DNA of 64,000 nucleotides from Myxococcota bacterium (GTDB taxonomy: Bacteria; Myxococcota_A; UBA796; SXON01), in NCBI GenBank assembly GCA_040386535.1, contig JAZKFH010000017.1:32001-96000 (forward strand). Direction: 5' to 3'. Within the stretch, counting starts at the first letter, position 1; each line of letters begins with the position of its first letter. Below the pieces are notes generated by a model. That model worked only from the letters and a program-made list of their open reading frames with translations. It had not been told where the DNA came from and made no database searches. Positions 49,128-59,339 of the stretch are shown here, one piece after another. The position numbers and the translations under genes were made by a program.

Positions 49128-49958
49128 CTAGTTGAGGAGCCCCAGCGCCGCCTGGCCGATGCTCTTGGCCTGCGAGAGCACCGAGGTGCCCGCCTGCTGG
49201 AGCACCTGGTTCTGCGACAGGTTCGCCGTCTCCTTGCCGAAGTCGACGTCCCGGACGCGGCTCTCCGCCTCGAGCGTGGTCTGCTCGAACGTCTCGAGGT
49301 TGTTGAGCGCGTTGCCGAGGCGGTTCTCCACGGAGCCGTAGTCGGCGCGGTAGCTGTTGACCGTGTCGATCGCCGCGTCGATGTCGGTGAGCGCGTCGGA
49401 CGCGCCGGACGCGGTGGACATGTCGATCGTGGAGGTGTCGACGCCGAGCGTGGAGCTCGAGAGATCGCCGAGGCTGACGGTGATCGTGTCGTTGGACGTG
49501 TTGTGGATGCCGACCTGCACGCCGATGCCGGTGAGCGACCCGTCGGTGAGCGCCTGACCGTTGAACTCGGTGACGCCGGCGATGCGGTCCACTTCGCCGG
49601 AGAGCGCGGTGAACTCGGACTGCACGTAGGCGCGCTCGTCGTCGTTGAGGGTCTCGGAGGCGCCCTGGACCGCGAGCTCGCGCATGCGGACGAGGATGTT
49701 GCCGACCTCGGAGGAGGCGCCTTCCGCCACGGCGATGATGCTCATGCCGTCGTTGGTGTTGCGCTGGGCGACGGACGCCGAGGTGTGCGCCGCGCGGAGG
49801 TTCTCGGCCACGCCGACACCGGCCGCGTCGTCCGCGGCGCGCGAGATGCGCAAGCCGGAGGAGATCCGCTCGAAGGAGCGCGAGAGGGCGCGGGTGGTCT
49901 TGTTCAGATCGCCGAGCGCGTTGGAAGCGGTGGTGTTGGTCTTGAGGGTGATCGCCAT
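49128..49958 (-). CDS. fliC: Flagellin (short paralog)
   Basis: Same conserved D0/D1 motifs; highly similar to 48113-48946. Confidence 0.97.
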   Translation of the reverse strand: MAITLKTNTTASNALGDLNKTTRALSRSFERISSGLRISRAADDAAGVGVAENLRAAHTSASVAQRNTNDGMSIIAVAEGASSEVGNILVRMRELAVQGASETLNDDERAYVQSEFTALSGEVDRIAGVTEFNGQALTDGSLTGIGVQVGIHNTSNDTITVSLGDLSSSTLGVDTSTIDMSTASGASDALTDIDAAIDTVNSYRADYGSVENRLGNALNNLETFEQTTLEAESRVRDVDFGKETANLSQNQVLQQAGTSVLSQAKSIGQAALGLLN

Positions 49959-50041
49959 GGACATTCCCAGGTGGATGCCCCCTTGCTCACGATCCAGCAG
50001 GCGGGCGGTTCGACAGATACGGGCCGAAGGGCCCGTGGACT

Positions 50042-50068
50042 TCATCGGCTGGGTGGGCGGAGTCTCCA
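50042..50068 (-). promoter_or_regulatory. Possible sigma-28 promoter of the upstream flagellin
   Basis: Good -10 GCCGATGA; weak -35 TGGA at 15-nt spacing. Confidence 0.5.
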
Positions 50069-50132
50069 CTCCTTTGTGTGGGGAATTCTGTGTGGAGAAT
50101 TCTCACCCTTCCCTGCGACCGCCAGCCCGTGC

Positions 50133-51011
50133 CTACCCGAGGTAGTCGAGCAGCGACTTGGTGGTCGTGGAGGCCGCGATCTGGAGCGTCGATTCGTAGG
50201 CGCTCTTGAGCTCGGTCAGCCGCGTGTAGGTCTCGATGGGATCGGCGCCCACCAGCGCGTCGAGGCGCTCGGCGAACAACACGCCCATCGCGTCGGACAC
50301 GGCGGAGGCGTCCTCCGCGATCTGTGTCTCGACGCCGATCTGCGCGCGGGCGTCGCTCACGGCCTGGATGGCGCCGTCGACGTTGTCGAGCGAGGTGCCG
50401 ACGCCCGTGGCGTCGTTCGATTCGAGCGCGGTGGCGAGGCCTTCGAGCGCGCCGAAGACGTCGGCGGATCCGTTGAGGATCCCGGAGCCGTCGAAGCCGC
50501 CGGACACCCAGCGATCCTCGGCAACGCGCACCTCGGACGGCGCGGTGCCACCCGAATACGTGCCATCGGCGGCGAAGGGTTGGGTGTCCCAATTCCGGCC
50601 GGCGAACACGAAGCGGTCGCCGAATTGGGTGTTGGCGGCGGCGCGCAACGTCTCCTGCAGGCCGCGCACCTCGATCGCGGCGGCGGCGCGGGCCTCGGCG
50701 TCGACCGTGTCACCCGCCATCGCGACGGCGAGCTCCTTGGCGCGCACGAGCACGTCGGCCACGCTGGAGAGCGCGGCGTCGGCGGTGGTCTGGAGGCTCA
50801 TCGAGGCGGAGGCGTTCTTGCTCCACACGTCCTGATCGGCGGCCGCGGAGGCCATCTTCTGGGCGGCCCCGTACGCGACGGGATCGTCGGACGCGGATTG
50901 GACTGCGAGGCCGGTGACCGCGCGCGACTGCATCTCCGCCAACGCCGCGCCCTGCCGGGCCGACTGCGTGCGGACCAGATCGAACAACGAGGCGCGCGGG
51001 ACGCGGATCAT
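50133..51011 (-). CDS. flgL: Hook-associated protein FlgL
   Basis: TG....SDDP, ANTQFGDRFVFAG, SLLDYL. Confidence 0.92.
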   Translation of the reverse strand: MIRVPRASLFDLVRTQSARQGAALAEMQSRAVTGLAVQSASDDPVAYGAAQKMASAAADQDVWSKNASASMSLQTTADAALSSVADVLVRAKELAVAMAGDTVDAEARAAAAIEVRGLQETLRAAANTQFGDRFVFAGRNWDTQPFAADGTYSGGTAPSEVRVAEDRWVSGGFDGSGILNGSADVFGALEGLATALESNDATGVGTSLDNVDGAIQAVSDARAQIGVETQIAEDASAVSDAMGVLFAERLDALVGADPIETYTRLTELKSAYESTLQIAASTTTKSLLDYLG

Positions 51012-52381
51012 CAGGAGCCCACGGCGAGGAGGGTGCGGAGCATCTCGTCGCCCACCGACAACACGCGGGCCGCGGCGCGGTAGGCGGTCTGGAACTCGAT
51101 GAGCTTGATGGCCTCCTCGTCGGTGTCGACGGAGGCGAGCGAGTCGCGCATGGCGTCGACGTCGGCGAGCTGCTCGTCGAGGGTGGTCGCGTCGGTCTCG
51201 GCGGTCGACACGTCCGAGCCCACCTGGCTCGAGAGCGCCGCGAGGGCGGAGGCGGCGGTGCGTGTGCCTCCGTCGTAGAGGGCCGCGGACTCCATGGCCA
51301 GGAACGCGACGAGGTTGTCGCCGTCGCCCGGCGAGGCGGTCGCGGCGCCGGCGAGGGCCAGGGCGTCGGGATCGGCGAGGGCCGCGGACACGCCGAACGA
51401 GGCGGCGGGGTCGGCGGCGGTGAAGGTGAACACGTCGCCGCCCGGGTTGCCGGCGCGGTCGAAGCCGGCGGCGTGTTGGGCGTTGACCGTGCTGGCGAGG
51501 GTCGTGGCGAACTCGTCGAGGTCGGCCAGCCAGCCCTCGACCGTCGCGCGGGCCGAGAGCGCCCCGCCGATGGCACCGCCCGCCTCGCTGGTGACGCGCA
51601 AGGCGCCGGAGCCCGCGGACACGAGCAGCTCGGGGGTGGCGCCGCTGGTGTCGAGGCGCAGCGTGCGTGCTTCGTTGCCGCTCACGACGGCGTGGCCGCC
51701 CACGAGCACGGTGGCCTGGCCGTCGGCGTCGAAGTCGACGGTGGCGCCGACCTCCTCGCCGAGCTCGCGGACCAGCTGGTCGCGGCGATCGAGAAGGTCA
51801 CCCGGGCCGAGGTCGGCGCCGAGGCGGCCGATGGCCTTGTTCAGCGAGGCGACCTCGCCCAGCTTCGCGTTGACGCCCTCGAGGCGCGACGCCATGGACG
51901 CGTCGAGGTCGTCGAGATCGCCCTGGAGGCCGTTGCCGATGCGCGCGATCGTGGCGGCCAACGTAGATGCGGCCGCGACGGTGGCGCGCCGACCGCCGGT
52001 GTCCGACGGATCGGTGGTGAGCGCGGAGAGGCTGTCGAAGAGCGCGTCGGTGGCGTCGGAGAGCGTGGTGCCGGCGTCGAAGTGGCCCTCGGCGTTCGCG
52101 AGGGCGGTGTGGACGGCGGCGGCCTCGGACGCGGTGCCGGAGGCGGCCACGAGCCGCACGCCGAGGAGGCGGTCGGTGGCGCGGGCGATGCCGTTGATGG
52201 CCGGCCCGCCGCCCATGAACAGGCCGCGGCGCACCACCGGGTCGGTCGTGGTCTGCACCACCTTGCGGCGCGAGTACCCGATCGTGTTGACGTTCGAGAT
52301 GTTCTGGCTCGTGACGTCGATGCCCGCGGAGGCGGCGGCGAGGCCGCGACGCCCCGTGGAGATGGCGTCCATGAGGCCCAT
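51011..52381 (-). CDS. flgK: Hook-associated protein FlgK
   Basis: NISNVNTIGYSR, DLLDRRDQL, VDTDEE...FQTAYRAAARV. Confidence 0.93.
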   Translation of the reverse strand: MGLMDAISTGRRGLAAASAGIDVTSQNISNVNTIGYSRRKVVQTTTDPVVRRGLFMGGGPAINGIARATDRLLGVRLVAASGTASEAAAVHTALANAEGHFDAGTTLSDATDALFDSLSALTTDPSDTGGRRATVAAASTLAATIARIGNGLQGDLDDLDASMASRLEGVNAKLGEVASLNKAIGRLGADLGPGDLLDRRDQLVRELGEEVGATVDFDADGQATVLVGGHAVVSGNEARTLRLDTSGATPELLVSAGSGALRVTSEAGGAIGGALSARATVEGWLADLDEFATTLASTVNAQHAAGFDRAGNPGGDVFTFTAADPAASFGVSAALADPDALALAGAATASPGDGDNLVAFLAMESAALYDGGTRTAASALAALSSQVGSDVSTAETDATTLDEQLADVDAMRDSLASVDTDEEAIKLIEFQTAYRAAARVLSVGDEMLRTLLAVGS

Positions 52382-52695
52382 CAGACGCCCCGCATCTGGC
52401 CGCGGCGGCCGTAGGTGCGCGGGCCCGCGTCGGGGAGCACACGGTCGAGCACGTTGAGCACCGTGGCGCCGCACGCGTGCACGCGCACGTCGATCGCGCG
52501 GATGCGCTTCGCGACGCCGGCGGCGTGTTCGCGCGTGCCCGCGTCGAGGGCCGCGAGCGGCGTGCGGGAGAGCTCGACCTGGAGCTGGCGGCGCGCCTCG
52601 GTCGCGGCCACGAGGGCCGACGGATCGACACGGCGGGCCGCGTCGAGCTGGGCCTCCGCCGTCGCGAGCCAACGATCGAAGCGCTCCTTGGACAC
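52381..52695 (-). CDS. Probable FlgN-like chaperone
   Basis: Between flgM and flgK; C-terminal TYGRRG motif. Confidence 0.55.
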   Translation of the reverse strand: MSKERFDRWLATAEAQLDAARRVDPSALVAATEARRQLQVELSRTPLAALDAGTREHAAGVAKRIRAIDVRVHACGATVLNVLDRVLPDAGPRTYGRRGQMRGV

Positions 52696-52982
52696 TACAG
52701 CTGCCCGAGCAGCGCGTTGACGGCGCGATCGAGGTCCTCGGGGGTGCCGAGGCGGCCCTCGGCGATCTCGCGCCGCATGTCTTCGACCACGCCAGGACGG
52801 ATGTCACCGTTCACGCCGTGCGCGGCCGCCTGCTGACGGAGCGAAGAGACCATCGAGCCGGCCTGGGAGAAGCGGCTGGCGTCCGGGTCCGAACCAAACG
52901 GGGTCGGCCGGGACTGGGACGACAGCGCGGGCCGCGGCATGTGCAGGACGGAGGCGGCGGGGAGGCGGGCGAGGACCTTCAT
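52695..52982 (-). CDS. flgM: Anti-sigma-28 factor FlgM (divergent)
   Basis: DIR..VV.DMRREIAEG...ALL C-terminal pattern; canonical position. Confidence 0.65.
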   Translation of the reverse strand: MKVLARLPAASVLHMPRPALSSQSRPTPFGSDPDASRFSQAGSMVSSLRQQAAAHGVNGDIRPGVVEDMRREIAEGRLGTPEDLDRAVNALLGQL

Positions 52983-53743
52983 GGGGAGTGCTCCTTCGAC
53001 GGGTCTCTGTCCGTACCGCGAGGCCCGGCGGCGCCAGAGCTTGTCAGCAGTTTCGTTACCTCTGGTGTCGGATCGACGTCGCGCCCCGCATTTCGCAACT
53101 CGAAGTGCACGTGCGGCCCGGTCGCGCGGCCGGTGGCCCCCACCGTGGCGATGACGCTGCCCTCGCGCACCACGTCGCCCTCGCGCACCTCGAGCGCGGC
53201 GCAGTGGGCGTAGCGGGTCTCCGTGCCGTCGCCGTGGTCGAGCACGACCACGTTGCCGTAGCCGCCACGGGTGCCCGCGAAGCGGACCAGTCCGTCGCGC
53301 GGCGCGTGCAGCGGCGTGCCGAGGGGCGCGGCGATGTCGATGCCGGCATGGTGACGCAGATCGCCGTCGATTGGATCGCGGCGGGTGCCATAGGCGCTGG
53401 TGACACGTCCCAATTCGAGCATTGGATGGTGGTCCGCGGACGCGGCGTTGCGGTTCTGATCCGTCTCCGGGCCCCGCTGCCCCATCGCCTCGCGCAGCTC
53501 GTCCGCGAGCCCGATCCCAGGCCCCCCGGCGACGATCTTGCCAATCTCTTCCTCGAAGAAGCTCGAGAAGGTCTCGGCCCCCTCCCCCGACAACAGGCCC
53601 TTCCCGAGCGCCTCGTGCGCGAGAAAGCCCACGAACCAGGCCTCGAAGCCCTCGGCGGCCTTGTCGATGCTGGTGCGCTCGGGGGGCGGGGCGGCGACGT
53701 GCGAAGCCGGAGACGCGATGCTGGCAGGGGTGTCGATCCGCAT
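52979..53743 (-). CDS. flgJ: FlgJ-like rod-binding domain fused to an M23 peptidase
   Basis: KAAEGFEA.F...GIGLADEL rod-binding motif; HAGIDIAAP, GYGN, YAH and TGPHVHFE M23 motifs; follows flgI. Confidence 0.85.
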   Translation of the reverse strand: MRIDTPASIASPASHVAAPPPERTSIDKAAEGFEAWFVGFLAHEALGKGLLSGEGAETFSSFFEEEIGKIVAGGPGIGLADELREAMGQRGPETDQNRNAASADHHPMLELGRVTSAYGTRRDPIDGDLRHHAGIDIAAPLGTPLHAPRDGLVRFAGTRGGYGNVVVLDHGDGTETRYAHCAALEVREGDVVREGSVIATVGATGRATGPHVHFELRNAGRDVDPTPEVTKLLTSSGAAGPRGTDRDPSKEHSP

Positions 53744-54826
53744 CTACATCGCCACGATCTCGGCCTGGAGGCCGCCGGCGGCGTGCATCGCCTGGAGGAT
53801 CACGATGAGATCACGCGGGGACACACCCATCCGATCGAGCGCGCCAACGACCTCGCCGACGGTCACGCCCTCGATCATCTCGATGCGGCCGGCCTTCTCG
53901 TCGACCGTCATCGTGTTGTTTGCGACCACCGCGGTCTGCCCGTTGGAGAGCGGCCCAGGTTGGCTGACCGAGGCCTGGTGGTCGACCTGGATGGTGAGGC
54001 CGCCGTGCGCGACCGCGACCGGACGGACGGTGATGTCCGCGCCCATCACCACGGTGCCGGTGCGCTCGTTGACGACGACGCGCGCGGCCTGATCGATCAC
54101 GACCTGCACGGACTCGACCGCCGCGATGAGCTCGGCCTGGCGCCCGAGGTAGCCGTCCGGCACCGCCACGCGGATGGTGCCGCCGTCGATGGCGGCGGCG
54201 TACTCTCCGCCGAGCTTGCCGTTCACGGCCACCGCCACGCGGGTCGAGTTGGTGAAGTCGGGCGTGGCGAGCACCCAATCGAAGCTCACGGCCTGGCCCA
54301 CGTCGAGCGTGTTGGGGATCTCCATCTCGACCGTGGCCCCGCTCGGCACGAGGCCGACCGTGGGGTGGTTCTTGGTCGCGGAGGAGCCGCCCGCGGACGC
54401 CGAGTAGCCGCCGACCACGATCGCGCCCTGCGCGGCCGCCATCGCCATCCCGTTGGCCGCGTAGAGCGGCGTGAGCAGCAGCACGCCGCCCTCGATGGAG
54501 CGCGCATCCCCCACGCTGGAGACCTGCACGTCGAGCGGGCTGCCGGGGCGCACACCCGCGGGCAGGCGCGCCGTGACCATCACGACCGCGACGTTGCGGG
54601 CCTTGATGTCGTCCTCGAGCATCGTCATGCCGAGTCCCTTCAGCCGGTTGGCGAGCGCCCGCACGGCCGCGGCGTTCTGCGCCGAGTCGCCGGAGCGGTT
54701 GAGCCCCACGACCAGCCCGTAGCCGACCAGCGGGTTCGTGCGCACGCCGTAGAGCGCCGCCACGTCCTTGACCCGCGCGGCTTCGGCCGGGGTCGCGAGG
54801 CAGAACAGGAGCGCCAGGAGGGTCAT
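53744..54826 (-). CDS. flgI: Flagellar P-ring protein FlgI
   Basis: RVKD...GVRTNPLVGYGLVVGL, NVAVVMVTA.LP, VVNERTGTVVMG, ILQAM..AG.LQAE. Confidence 0.97.
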   Translation of the reverse strand: MTLLALLFCLATPAEAARVKDVAALYGVRTNPLVGYGLVVGLNRSGDSAQNAAAVRALANRLKGLGMTMLEDDIKARNVAVVMVTARLPAGVRPGSPLDVQVSSVGDARSIEGGVLLLTPLYAANGMAMAAAQGAIVVGGYSASAGGSSATKNHPTVGLVPSGATVEMEIPNTLDVGQAVSFDWVLATPDFTNSTRVAVAVNGKLGGEYAAAIDGGTIRVAVPDGYLGRQAELIAAVESVQVVIDQAARVVVNERTGTVVMGADITVRPVAVAHGGLTIQVDHQASVSQPGPLSNGQTAVVANNTMTVDEKAGRIEMIEGVTVGEVVGALDRMGVSPRDLIVILQAMHAAGGLQAEIVAM

Positions 54827-54833
54827 GTCGCTT

Positions 54834-54860
54834 CTTTCGGACGCTCTCGTTGGGACTTGA
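54834..54860 (-). promoter_or_regulatory. Sigma-28-like promoter directly upstream of flgI (near-leaderless)
   Basis: TCAA-gtcccaacgagagcg(15)-TCCGAAAG, ending 7 nt before the ATG. Confidence 0.6.
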
Positions 54861-54936
54861 GGGGAAAGTTGTCGGGGGGCATGCGGGCGGGTGGGCGAGC
54901 GGCACCGTGCTAAACGGAGTGCCCTCGGGAGGCCGC

Positions 54937-55818
<882 letters not shown>

Positions 55819-56015
55819 GGGGCCGTCGGACGCCCGCGAACGCGGGTGGGCGGGTGAGCTCCGCGGCGGCATGGTCCCGACGTGGTCGCGGGATCGTCCC
55901 GGGTGATCGCCGATGTTGGCCGCCACGCGGTCACGGAGGCGATCCACCGGTCGAAGGACCGTTGGGGAAAGGGGAACCCGGATGGCCGCCACGCTCTTCC
56001 TCGGTCGTTCGGCTT

Positions 56016-56346
56016 GGTTCCTGCGCCAAGGGCGCGGAGGGCAGCCGCCGCTGGCGGCTGGTCCGGCCGGGCGGACGGGAACTCTCAACAAGGGTCCCGA
56101 TGCCACTTCGCCCGGCCGACCAAGCGGCTCCGCCGCGCGCCCGGAGCCGACCTGTCCCCCCCTCACGCCTCGCTTTGCGCTCGGCTCCGGGGGCGGGCTG
56201 CGGGGCCTACCCGGCTCGCCGCCGGGTGCGCTCGCAGTGCCGTACGATCCTCGGTCGCCCTGACGGGCAGCCGAGGCTTTCGCCCCCCTTCGGGTCGCGC
56301 CGGCCCCTCCGCGACGGCTGCGCCGTCCGTCCGCGCGGGGGCGCCC
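56016..56346 (-). repeat. Structured intergenic repeat family A, copy 3 (with extra hairpin insert)
   Basis: 56016-56152 is homologous to 1392-1531; the terminal GTCCGCGCGGGGGCGCCC at 56329-56346 equals 1539-1556. Confidence 0.75.
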
Positions 56347-56424
56347 GCACGGCTACGCGGGTGCGGATGCCGAGGAGGTGGCACGGCGTCCCCCGACCGA
56401 ACCCGTGACACGTTGCGCCCCTGT

Positions 56425-57261
56425 TCAGCGCCCGCCCCCTCGCCGTTTGCTCTCGGCCACTCGCCCGCCGGCGTGGGCACCGTCCGCCCCCCGACTGCGG
56501 CGGAGCAGCACCAGCGGCGCGAGGAGGAGCCCGAGGCCTCCCGTGAACGCCCCGCCCGTGGAGCAACCGCACGGCGGTACCTTCACGCAGTCCGGCGCGG
56601 ACCAGTCCGTCGCGACGCCGACGCCGTCGATCTGGCGCACCTGGAGGCACACCTCGCCGGGGTCGTCGACGTCCGTCCATGTGAGCAAACGCGCGGCCGC
56701 TCCGGACGTGGGGGCGACGAATGCGTCGATGGCGAGGTCGCCGTTGGCGTCCTTGACCTGGAGGACCGAGAGGGCGTCGGGGTCGGTCGCCGGGGCCGCC
56801 TGGATGGTCACTTCGAGGGTCGAGGGCCACCCCCCACGCCACGGGGTGAACCGGGCGCTCTCGAGCGTCAGGGTGGGCGCGCCCGTGAGGCCCGCGACGG
56901 TGTGGGTGCCGGTGGTGAACCCGAAGCTCAGCGCCTCGCCGAGCTCGGGGACCAGGGCGAACGTGTAGGCGGTGTCGGGCTCCAACGGCGCGTCGGGGAA
57001 CAGCTCCAGCAGATGGGTCTGGCCGAGGGCGATGTCGTCGGCAGACGCGACGCCGACCTCGGCTCCGTCCGACACGCCGACCAGCGACGCCGACCAGGCG
57101 CCCGGCTGGCCGCACGTGCTGCCGAAGGTGATGGCGGGACGGAGGTCGACCGGCACGTCCTCCGCGCCGGGCGAAGGGACCATGCCGGTGACCCCGAGGC
57201 CCGCTCCGCAGACGATGCCCCGGGTGTACGCGTGCGTGGTGGCGACGAAGTACAGGAACAT
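56425..57261 (-). CDS. Ig-like domain protein with MYXO-CTERM-like sorting signal
   Basis: P.PGAEDVP...ITF...P.APLEPDTAY...FTTG Ig-like motif; C-terminal CGCSTGG-hydrophobic-RRSR. Confidence 0.75.
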   Translation of the reverse strand: MFLYFVATTHAYTRGIVCGAGLGVTGMVPSPGAEDVPVDLRPAITFGSTCGQPGAWSASLVGVSDGAEVGVASADDIALGQTHLLELFPDAPLEPDTAYTFALVPELGEALSFGFTTGTHTVAGLTGAPTLTLESARFTPWRGGWPSTLEVTIQAAPATDPDALSVLQVKDANGDLAIDAFVAPTSGAAARLLTWTDVDDPGEVCLQVRQIDGVGVATDWSAPDCVKVPPCGCSTGGAFTGGLGLLLAPLVLLRRSRGADGAHAGGRVAESKRRGGGR

Positions 57262-57329
57262 CGTATCTCTCTGCCAGCTTAAGCGAGTTCGAACGAGACC
57301 GCCGCCTCCGCGGCTGGCTACGTGGGCGC

Positions 57330-58055
57330 ATGCCGCCGCTCCCGCCCGAGCTCGCGCCCTACGCGCCGCTCCTCCCCATCCTCGCCGCGATCGTGCTCCC
57401 CCCTGCCGGCGGCCTCGTCGTCGGCGGCGTGGTGCGGGGCCTCGGCCTCGACGACGTCGCGCTCCCCGGCCTGCCGCGGTTCCGCTGGTCGCTGGCGGCG
57501 GGCGCGTGGACGTTCCTGCTCGCGGTGTGCGCCGTGGTCGGCGTGTACGCCGGCGGGGCCCAGGACGTCGTCGACGACGCAGTGGAGTTGCTCGTGCGCG
57601 TCGGCGCCGCTGGCTGCTGTCTGTTCGTGGGGGCTTGGGCGTCGGTGGCCCGGGAGGGCGTGAGCGACCGTGAGAGTCGGCGCGGCGCCACGGCCGGGGT
57701 GACAAACCCGCTCCTCGGCCTGGCGATCGGCGGCGTGGCGGCGCTCGTGGTGCTCGTTGGAGCCGGCGGCGCCGTGCTCCTGGTGGGGGGCGTGCTCGTC
57801 GTGCTCGGGGTCGTGGCGCTCCACGGCGGCGAATTCGGCGAGGTGCTGCGCGACGCGCTCCGTGACATCGCCGCCGGAATCGAGCTGCGCGCGCGCGCAG
57901 CCCCGGGGACCGAGGTGCACGTGGACGGCCGTGTGTCCATGATCGCCGCGCGGTCGGGGCTCCTCAGTACGCGGCTCGGGGACGGGCAGGAGCGGAACAA
58001 TCGGCACGTGCTCGCGGGGTTGGCCGTGCCAGTGGTCAAGGACGAGGTGGGCTGA
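57330..58055 (+). CDS. Membrane protein, MscS-like (degenerate)
   Basis: Several TMs, then RDIAAGIELR...G.EV.VDG...N resembling the MscS beta domain. Confidence 0.55.
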   Translation: MPPLPPELAPYAPLLPILAAIVLPPAGGLVVGGVVRGLGLDDVALPGLPRFRWSLAAGAWTFLLAVCAVVGVYAGGAQDVVDDAVELLVRVGAAGCCLFVGAWASVAREGVSDRESRRGATAGVTNPLLGLAIGGVAALVVLVGAGGAVLLVGGVLVVLGVVALHGGEFGEVLRDALRDIAAGIELRARAAPGTEVHVDGRVSMIAARSGLLSTRLGDGQERNNRHVLAGLAVPVVKDEVG

Positions 58056-58061
58056 GCTCCG

Positions 58062-58112
58062 GGGCCGCGGTCGGCGCCTCGCCGGGCACCGCGGCCCGCG
58101 TCGGTCGCCCAA
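58062..58112. repeat. Palindromic repeat family B
   Basis: Near-identical to 42044-42092, same orientation. Confidence 0.85.
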
Positions 58113-58249
58113 ACGGAAATCTCATGACGACGGCTGCGCCCGGGCCTTCGCGTGGCGGACCCTGCGGCGGCGGCGCGAGGGGCGGCGGCGGGAGGAGGCG
58201 GCGGCGGGAGGAGGCGGCGGCGCGAGCGGCGGCCCGAGCGGCGGCGGCG

Positions 58250-58476
58250 GCCCGAGCGGCCAAGAGTCGGGGGCCCTGCCGGTAGGGGGTGGCACTCTTG
58301 GCCGGTTTTCTGTGATTGCGAAGGGGTCTGGCGCCCGCGTGGGACCCGCCGGGCGGCACGCCCGGGCAATTGCTGGCGTTCACCCGTTCGGGAGGCCGGA
58401 CGGGAGGTGGAGACCCTCTGCCCGAGCGGCCAAGAGTAGGGGGCCCTGCCGGCAGGGGGTGGCACTCTTGGCCGGT
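58250..58476. repeat. Paired 57-bp palindromic direct repeats (composite element C2)
   Basis: GCCCGAGCGGCCAAGAGT...ACTCTTGGCCGGT at 58250-58306 and 58420-58476, differing at two positions. Confidence 0.85.
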
Positions 58477-58587
58477 ACGCAGCGCGAGGAGTTCCAGTGG
58501 AGAGGCGGAGGCTGGTGAGGGGTCCGCCACCGGCCCTGTTCCTCCAAATCGTAGGCGAACGCCGGGCGGCACCCGCCGCCGCGGATC

Positions 58588-59090
58588 TCAATCCGTCGGC
58601 GTCCGCTTCCGGTCGGCCGCCCGCTTTGCTTTCTTGGTGTCCTCGCTCCGGTCCGGCTGCGCATGGAATTCCACGCCGGGGAGCCCGTCCATGTCCGCGT
58701 CCGTCGTGACCAGCCGCGCACCGCAGAGCGTCGCGGTGGCGTAGATCAGTGCGTCGCAAGCCGCGAGCCCGTGCCGCACCGCAAACACGGCCGCCTCCAG
58801 CGCGAGAGGTCCGTCGGCGGGAACGCAAACGCCCCGACGGAGAAGTGCGGCGTAGGCGGCGGCTCGGTCCTCGTCCGTGTGGCGAAGCGCCCACCGGTGA
58901 ACCTCGCGGCGTAGGCGGCGGCTCGGTCCTCGTCCGTGTGGCGAAGCGCCCACCGGTAAACCTCGAACTCGACAACCGCAGGCACGATCACGTCCTCCAT
59001 CCGAGCGAGGTGGGGAGCGACAGCGTCCGCCAGCGGCTCGTCCGCGAACCAGGCGATCCAGGCACCCGTATCGAGCACGACCCGACTCAA
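58588..59090 (-). pseudogene. vapC: PIN-domain VapC toxin frameshifted by a 59-bp tandem duplication
   Basis: VVLDTGAW...EVY is in one frame and DALIYATA...TTDAD in another; duplicate units at 58847-58905 and 58906-58964. Confidence 0.88.
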
Positions 59091-59290
59091 CGCTCGTGGT
59101 CTCGGTAGTCGTCCGTGGGCGCACCGCGCGCAGTGCCGCGCAGATCCGCCGCGTCGACCACGGGGACGAGGAGCATCACGCGCCCTCGGGCAACGGCATC
59201 GAACTGCTGACCCGCCTTCCAACCGAGACGATCCCGCAGCTCCGCGGGGATCTGCACCGTGCCCTGCTCCGTCATTCGGACCGCGCGCAA
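59087..59290 (-). CDS. AbrB/MazE/SpoVT-family antitoxin
   Basis: GTVQIPAELRDRLGWKAGQ; TATGAT -10, GAGGT SD, TTG start; TTGA overlap with vapC. Confidence 0.85.
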   Translation of the reverse strand: MRAVRMTEQGTVQIPAELRDRLGWKAGQQFDAVARGRVMLLVPVVDAADLRGTARGAPTDDYRDHER

Positions 59291-59339
59291 CGGAACACCT
59301 CGGAGAGGATCATAGCCCCGGAGCCCCCTCCCGGCCCCC

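Noticed and set aside
58250..58476. Two 57-bp repeats as a mini CRISPR array
   Set aside because: The repeat and 113-bp spacer are too long, there are only two units, and no cas genes are present.
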